Position numbers and translations under genes: made by a program. The notes beneath the pieces were generated by a model. It was not told the DNA's origin and did no database searches. It saw nothing but the letters and a program-made list of their open reading frames with translations. Positions 58,679 to 64,000 of a stretch of DNA of 64,000 nucleotides are shown here, piece after piece. The stretch spans positions 1 through 64,000 of the forward strand of contig CAZXWN010000003.1 of NCBI GenBank assembly GCA_964644695.1. Reading direction: 5' to 3'. How positions within the stretch are numbered: the first letter of the stretch is position 1; each line of letters begins with the position of its first letter. The DNA is from an uncultured bacterium. GTDB lineage: Bacteria > UBP4 > UBA4092.

Positions 58679-60706
58679 ATGTTGAGAAAGGTTTATCTTC
58701 TTCTAGTTGGATTGTTTCTATTTCTCGCGGTTGGTTTTGCATTTAGCCAGGATGTGATTGTTGATAATACAGATAGCGGATTTACTAAGACAGGAACCTG
58801 GATAACCAGCAGTTACGGTAGTTATTATGGAACCAATTGTTTTTATGCTTCTATCTATCATACTTCTAACGCTGAGGCTACATGGACGCCCACATTAACT
58901 TCAGCGAACACTTGTAAAGTGTATATTTGGTACACCAGTGGAACAAACCGGACTATTGATGCGAGATTTTCTGTTATTCATGCAAATGGAACTACTTCGC
59001 TGGTCGTTAATCAACAGACTAGTGGTGCACAATGGGTTCTCCTGGGGAATTTTGCGTTTCGCAGCGGAACCAGTGGAAAAGTTAGGCTTATCAATAAGAC
59101 TCAGTATGCGGAAAGTTCGGTGTGTATTGCCGATGCGGTGAAGTTTTCACCCAGTACTGAAACTGTTTTGACGGATCCAGATGAGCCCACAGCACCGGCA
59201 GCATCCAGGGATACAACCCCGGAATTCCGAAGTTTCTGGAACTACTCATGGGGTGCGACGATGAACTCTGCCAGTCAGTGTTCTACCTTTATTTCAGAAG
59301 CCAGGACATATAACTTCAATGCGACTATGCCTGAAATCCGTAAATGTGGAGATGCTTATTACAAGTCATCCGTCGTTCCGATGGCCACGAATATTACTCC
59401 CACGACATTGGATATTTTATCGACTATTCTGAAAATCAGCCATGATACAACAGGTGGCAAGCCGTACATGGAAGTTCATGGCTGGATGGTCGTGAACCGG
59501 GCTTATACATCAAGTTCTCCATCAGGTTCAATCTATAGTGTTCATCCAGAGTATTTTTCCAAGAGTTCCTCGGGTGCAACCAATGAATCGGGTAATTATT
59601 TCCTTGATCCGGGACATCCGGGAACGGTTGACCATCTGGGTGATGTCTTTAAGGATGTTGTTCAAAAATATCCAACCCTGGATGGTGTAAATCTGGACTA
59701 TATTCGGTATGCAGGAGATGAGTGGGGCTACAATGCCATTGCAACAACTCGGTTTGCTCAGGAATATGGATATGCGCCGCCCATATTATCCTCAAATTCA
59801 CATTGGACAACGTGGTGTCAGTATCGGCGAGACCGGATGTATGACCTTGTCCGGCGGATATATTTGGAAGTAAAGGCGCAGAGTTATACTTGCAAAGTGA
59901 CTGCCGCAACAATTGGTTGGACACCCGGGCCCGGTGGTAGTACTTCTTTTGATGAAACCCGGACTTACTATGAAGTATTTCAGGATTGGCCTTCTTGGAT
60001 GAAAGATGGATTCCTGGATGCGGTTACTCCTATGGATTATTATGATTACAGTGGCAGTTATGATGATGACTATCGGTATTGGTCAGATTTTTCGGCTGAA
60101 ACAGCGCATAGTTTGAATAGGCACGCTTATATTGGGCCATGGGGTGGGTATAATACGATTCAGAATTCAATGAATGAAATATACTATTCCCGATACACTT
60201 CCAATGCTGACGGAATCAATATGTATGTGTATCACGATTTAGTTTCACCAGTTAATTCAACGGACAGTTACAGTGACAGAACCAGTTTCTTTGCTACGGT
60301 GACAGCACAGCATTTTACGCAAAGAGTTCCTACTCCAGAAATGACTTGGCTGACCAATCCCAGTGATGGCATGCTCAAGGGAACAATTACTGTGAGTGCC
60401 AGTAATCCAGGACCTGCTCCTTATTTCAATGGTTCGGGTGCATCCGGTAAATTGTATAAGTCTCTTGTCGAAATTCAGAATAATTCTACAAGCCAGACGT
60501 ACACTTGCCGATCTGATATTACGGGTTTTTATGGTTTTGCAAAAATCCCTGCGGGTACATACAGCTTGAAGGTTAAACATCCAACAAATGGAAATATATT
60601 GGTGACTGTCAGTAATGTGGTCATTACCAACGGAACTGTTCAAACACAGAATGTTGATATTGGAGAATTGGTCCCTGTAGAGTTATCAGAATTCCTCAGT
60701 GAATAG
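58679..60706 (+). CDS. Secreted GHL10-family glycoside hydrolase-like protein with N-terminal golvesin-type domain
   Basis: Signal peptide; EFRSFW, GDAYYKS, EVHGW, FLDPGHP, DGVNLDYIRY, QDWPSW...PMDY; ends VPVELSEFLSE. Confidence 0.8.
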   Translation: MLRKVYLLLVGLFLFLAVGFAFSQDVIVDNTDSGFTKTGTWITSSYGSYYGTNCFYASIYHTSNAEATWTPTLTSANTCKVYIWYTSGTNRTIDARFSVIHANGTTSLVVNQQTSGAQWVLLGNFAFRSGTSGKVRLINKTQYAESSVCIADAVKFSPSTETVLTDPDEPTAPAASRDTTPEFRSFWNYSWGATMNSASQCSTFISEARTYNFNATMPEIRKCGDAYYKSSVVPMATNITPTTLDILSTILKISHDTTGGKPYMEVHGWMVVNRAYTSSSPSGSIYSVHPEYFSKSSSGATNESGNYFLDPGHPGTVDHLGDVFKDVVQKYPTLDGVNLDYIRYAGDEWGYNAIATTRFAQEYGYAPPILSSNSHWTTWCQYRRDRMYDLVRRIYLEVKAQSYTCKVTAATIGWTPGPGGSTSFDETRTYYEVFQDWPSWMKDGFLDAVTPMDYYDYSGSYDDDYRYWSDFSAETAHSLNRHAYIGPWGGYNTIQNSMNEIYYSRYTSNADGINMYVYHDLVSPVNSTDSYSDRTSFFATVTAQHFTQRVPTPEMTWLTNPSDGMLKGTITVSASNPGPAPYFNGSGASGKLYKSLVEIQNNSTSQTYTCRSDITGFYGFAKIPAGTYSLKVKHPTNGNILVTVSNVVITNGTVQTQNVDIGELVPVELSEFLSE

Positions 60707-60715
60707 CAAATCACT

Positions 60716-60764
60716 GTCATATAAGAAAACAGGACCTGATTCAGGTCCTGTTTTCTTATATGAC
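60716..60764. terminator. Long perfect inverted repeat, probable terminator
   Basis: 24-bp arms gtcatataagaaaacaggacctga / tcaggtcctgttttcttatatgac around a single T. Confidence 0.7.
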
Positions 60765-60891
60765 TCACTTGGGACGTTGAAAATATTCTTGTATTGTGTC
60801 CATGAATTTGGTTTTTCTCTGTCCCCTAAACCTGTTTCCTCAGGGGTATAATTAACCAAGTACTATCGATGAATTAGAGAGGAACAACACT

Positions 60892-61551
60892 ATGTCAGTA
60901 ACAGCCCTGTTTACAACTATGACCACCCTGATTGAAGGGTTAAAACAAATCAATGTACTTCATGACAAAATGAAGGACTGGAAACCCAAGAAGTCTCAAG
61001 ATGGGAATGTCGAGGCGCGTCTGGATGATATTGAGAAGTCCTTCCAAACTCAAATTGAAATGACCGAGAAATTCCAGGAACTCCATGAGAAACAAAGAGA
61101 GTTTGTACAGGGATTGGCTCAGTCCGTACTTGCTAATGAACAGACTCTGAATAAATTTGATGATACTTTGAAAGAACATACGGCCACCTTGAATTCTCTT
61201 GATGCCAACCACTTGGCAGAAATGGTCCGGAAAGCCGAAATGTACCAGCATCGCCTGGATCAGGTGGAGCAAGAAACGAAGCAGAGTCGAGAATCTCTGG
61301 ACACTTTCCGCGCAAAGCTTGTTCTTGAAGAGGAAACCCTCAAAGCTTTGAAAGAAAGTTTTGAGAAGACAGACCGAGTCATGGAAAAACATTTATCAAA
61401 GATGGAAGACCTGAGCCTTCGAATGGATAGAATCGAAAACCGGTTAGAACGGCAAGATGCCTTGTTAATGAAAGTTCGTGGACTTTGCTATATGGTAATG
61501 TCAGCGGCGGGAATTTCTCTTCTCATTATTATCTTTCATGCGATTAAATAA
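60892..61551 (+). CDS. Coiled-coil protein with C-terminal TM anchor
   Basis: Heptad-rich sequence, hydrophobic C-terminus, GAGG RBS. Confidence 0.7.
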   Translation: MSVTALFTTMTTLIEGLKQINVLHDKMKDWKPKKSQDGNVEARLDDIEKSFQTQIEMTEKFQELHEKQREFVQGLAQSVLANEQTLNKFDDTLKEHTATLNSLDANHLAEMVRKAEMYQHRLDQVEQETKQSRESLDTFRAKLVLEEETLKALKESFEKTDRVMEKHLSKMEDLSLRMDRIENRLERQDALLMKVRGLCYMVMSAAGISLLIIIFHAIK

Positions 61552-61638
61552 CAGAAACTCTTCCAAACCTTCATATCTTCAGGTAATATGAGAAAAACTA
61601 CAGAGAATCTAAGTTCGCACCAAAGGAGAACACGCGTC

Positions 61639-62079
61639 ATGCTGAAAGAGTTTAAAGAATTTGCCGTTCGTGGGAATGTCGTTGATTTGGCAGTTGGTAT
61701 CATCGTTGGTGGAGCTTTTGGAAAAATTGTTAGTTCTTTTGTGAATGATCTCTTGATGCCTCCCCTCGGACTGTTGGCTGGGAAGATGGATTTCACCAAT
61801 CTATTTATTAATCTGGGTGATATCAAATACACCTCTCTGGATGCCGCAAAGAAAGCCGGAGCACCCACGCTCAATTATGGGATGTTTATTAATACTACCG
61901 TCGATTTTATTTTGATGGCGTTTGCTGTTTTTCTTTTGGTGAAATGGATTAATAAACTTCGTGGGCCAGCACCTGTACCGGCTCCGGCACCTCCCTCAAC
62001 AAAGGACTGCCCGTATTGTTGTAGTGCTATTCCACTTCCGGCAAAGAAGTGTCCTAACTGTACCTCAGAACTATCATAA
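61639..62079 (+). CDS. mscL: Large-conductance mechanosensitive channel with C-terminal Zn ribbon
   Basis: [33 protein letters not shown]...CPNC tail. Confidence 0.95.
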   Translation: MLKEFKEFAVRGNVVDLAVGIIVGGAFGKIVSSFVNDLLMPPLGLLAGKMDFTNLFINLGDIKYTSLDAAKKAGAPTLNYGMFINTTVDFILMAFAVFLLVKWINKLRGPAPVPAPAPPSTKDCPYCCSAIPLPAKKCPNCTSELS

Positions 62080-62239
62080 ATCACTAAATTAAAGACAGTT
62101 AACTCACCGCTCTATTTTGTTTTATAAAAATTGAAGGGTGAGTTTTTTCCATTCAGACCAAAATTCTCATAAAATGAATAGATTATTTAATTTTGATTGA
62201 ACTGGGAAAGGATTTTCCATGGAGTCATCAGAGAAAGTT

Positions 62240-64000
62240 ATGAATGTTTTAAACCTGCCATTACCTCAGGGTGGCAGATTTGCTTTGGACTTGGCGTACG
62301 ATAAGGTTATCCGGATTCGTTTCACACAAGGTCAGGATTTTGAGCCAGACTCAAGTTATGCTGTGGTTCAAAATCGTTGGTTGGATATCCCGTACACTAT
62401 TACTGAGAAAAAGAAATTATATACAATATCGACGGAACTTCTCACCATTAAGGTCTCTCTTTCTCCTTTTGCCCTGACAGTGACCGATAAATCTGGGAAA
62501 CTTCGTTATCAGACTTCTGGTGAAGGATTGCAGCTGCACAAAGAATCTTGGAAATTGACTGCTACATTGGAACATGGTGAAGGAGTATTTGGTCTGGGTG
62601 AACATGGCGAGACTCTCAATCGAGTTCCCGGCAGATTTCGATTCTGGAATAACGATGAGGATCAGGATTTCGTTTTTAAGCAGTATTATTTGAATATTCC
62701 GGTGGGTATTTCTCATCTTCCGAGTGAGAAGACGCACCTGTTCTTTCTGGATAATCCCGGAGAATCTTTTCTGGATGTGGGGCAGAAGAACCCTTCTGAA
62801 TTAACTTGGGAAGTGGAAAATGGTGATTTCCGGTTATGGTTAGTTTTTGGTGATAACCCCATAGATTGTGTTCGCATTTATTCCCTGTTGACCGGAAAGA
62901 TGTTGCGTCCTCCAAAATGGGCTCTTGGATTTCACCAGTGCCGTTGGAGTTATGAAAACGAAAAACGGGTCCGGGATGTTACCAGTGAATATCGAAAACG
63001 AAAAATCCCCTGTGATGCCATCTGGCTTGATATCCATTATATGAATCAATACCGAGTATTCACATGGAATAATGAGCGGTTCCCCAATCCCAAGAAGATG
63101 ATTCAGGATTTAAAGAAAAACGGGTTCTCGACGGTGTGTATTATTGACCCAGGTGTTTCTATTGCTGAAGATTATCACTGTAGTGCAGAAGGATTGAAGG
63201 AAAATCTGTTTCTGAAAGCCCTCTCAGGTGAGTTGTATATAGGCCGATGCTGGCCTGGGGAAGCCTATTATCCTGATTTTACCAATCCCAAAACTCGGAA
63301 GTTCTGGGGCAAATGGCAAAAAGAAGCTCTTCTGGATATCGGAATTGATGGCGTTTGGAATGATATGAATGAGCCTTCTGTATTCCATATCGAAAAACCA
63401 AAAAGGGTTCTTAACCCTTCCTTGATTCATTATGATTTTGGTCAGTATCGTCCCCATAAGCGGATTCACAATATTTATGGTTTGGGAATGACTCAGGCTT
63501 GTCAGGAAGGCCAGTTGGAGGCTCGCCCTAATATTCGTCCCTTCACTCTCACCCGTTCTGGATGGGCTGGAGTTCAGCGGTACACTGCCGTTTGGACTGG
63601 AGACAATCGGTCAGCATGGACGAATATGATGCCATGTATTGGATTGAATCTGAATATGGGATTATCCGGTGTGCCATTTGTTGGATGTGATATTGGTGGC
63701 TTCGCAGATAATGCGACTCCAGAATTATTCGTTCGTTGGATGGAATGGGGTGTCTTCCAACCTTTCACGCGAGCACACTCAACCCTTAATACCATTGACC
63801 ACGAGCCGTGGAGTTTTGGAAAAGATGCAGAAAAACACCTCCGCCGGCTAATTGAACAACGGTATAAATACCTTCCCTATATCTACACTCTTTTTGTAAT
63901 GGCTTCTGAAACCGGAGACTTGATTAATCAACCGTTAATGTATGCTTTCCCTGATGATCCTCAGGCTTGCCGGATTGAAGACCAGTTTATGGTCGGGCCA
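62240..64000 (+). CDS. GH31 alpha-glucosidase family protein (runs off the window end; absent from the ORF track)
   Basis: Manual translation from ATG 62240: FGLGE, PPKWALGFHQCRWSY, IPCDAIWLDIHYM, YPDFT, WNDMNEP, HNIYG, WTGDN, GCDIGGF. Confidence 0.9.
   Translation, partial: MNVLNLPLPQGGRFALDLAYDKVIRIRFTQGQDFEPDSSYAVVQNRWLDIPYTITEKKKLYTISTELLTIKVSLSPFALTVTDKSGKLRYQTSGEGLQLHKESWKLTATLEHGEGVFGLGEHGETLNRVPGRFRFWNNDEDQDFVFKQYYLNIPVGISHLPSEKTHLFFLDNPGESFLDVGQKNPSELTWEVENGDFRLWLVFGDNPIDCVRIYSLLTGKMLRPPKWALGFHQCRWSYENEKRVRDVTSEYRKRKIPCDAIWLDIHYMNQYRVFTWNNERFPNPKKMIQDLKKNGFSTVCIIDPGVSIAEDYHCSAEGLKENLFLKALSGELYIGRCWPGEAYYPDFTNPKTRKFWGKWQKEALLDIGIDGVWNDMNEPSVFHIEKPKRVLNPSLIHYDFGQYRPHKRIHNIYGLGMTQACQEGQLEARPNIRPFTLTRSGWAGVQRYTAVWTGDNRSAWTNMMPCIGLNLNMGLSGVPFVGCDIGGFADNATPELFVRWMEWGVFQPFTRAHSTLNTIDHEPWSFGKDAEKHLRRLIEQRYKYLPYIYTLFVMASETGDLINQPLMYAFPDDPQACRIEDQFMVGP

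Noticed and set aside
62271-63851. Short ORFs at the window end suggesting a fragmented gene
   Set aside because: They are shadows of one GH31 frame starting at 62240 that has no stop within the window.

Overview
Bacterial chromosomal window with about 50 CDS. No rRNA, tRNA, CRISPR array, integrase or transposase is visible. Core genes: purB-purC, rnj-ftsK, ftsH-folP-cdaA-cdaR-pdxJ, mtgA, a cold-shock gene, tilS, class II ribonucleotide reductase (nrdJ), queE, glnB and mscL. They are interspersed with secreted carbohydrate-active proteins (GH20-like, beta-propeller, two CE4 deacetylases, GHL10), a DUF4434 protein, a GH31 enzyme, three GT-C type membrane glycosyltransferases, signalling genes (HD-GYP; TPR/histidine kinase/sigma54 regulator) and an AT-rich MerR-controlled redox cassette. 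The style of the pilin-like and secreted proteins suggests Candidatus Sumerlaeota (BRC1) or a related lineage; this is inference only. Main observations: (1) four signal-peptide proteins from three unrelated families end in a shared short acidic-aromatic motif ([VL]-x-[DE]-[WF]-x-x-[YE]), a candidate undescribed C-terminal sorting signal; (2) a DnaA-box cluster at about 40.76-40.96 kb, a candidate oriC with no dnaA nearby, next to NrdR boxes upstream of nrdJ; (3) a six-copy intergenic palindromic repeat family; (4) a DnaD-like plus DnaC/DnaI-like gene pair with no phage context; (5) several apparently inactivated or relic genes. All calls come from reading motifs by eye; no searches were run.
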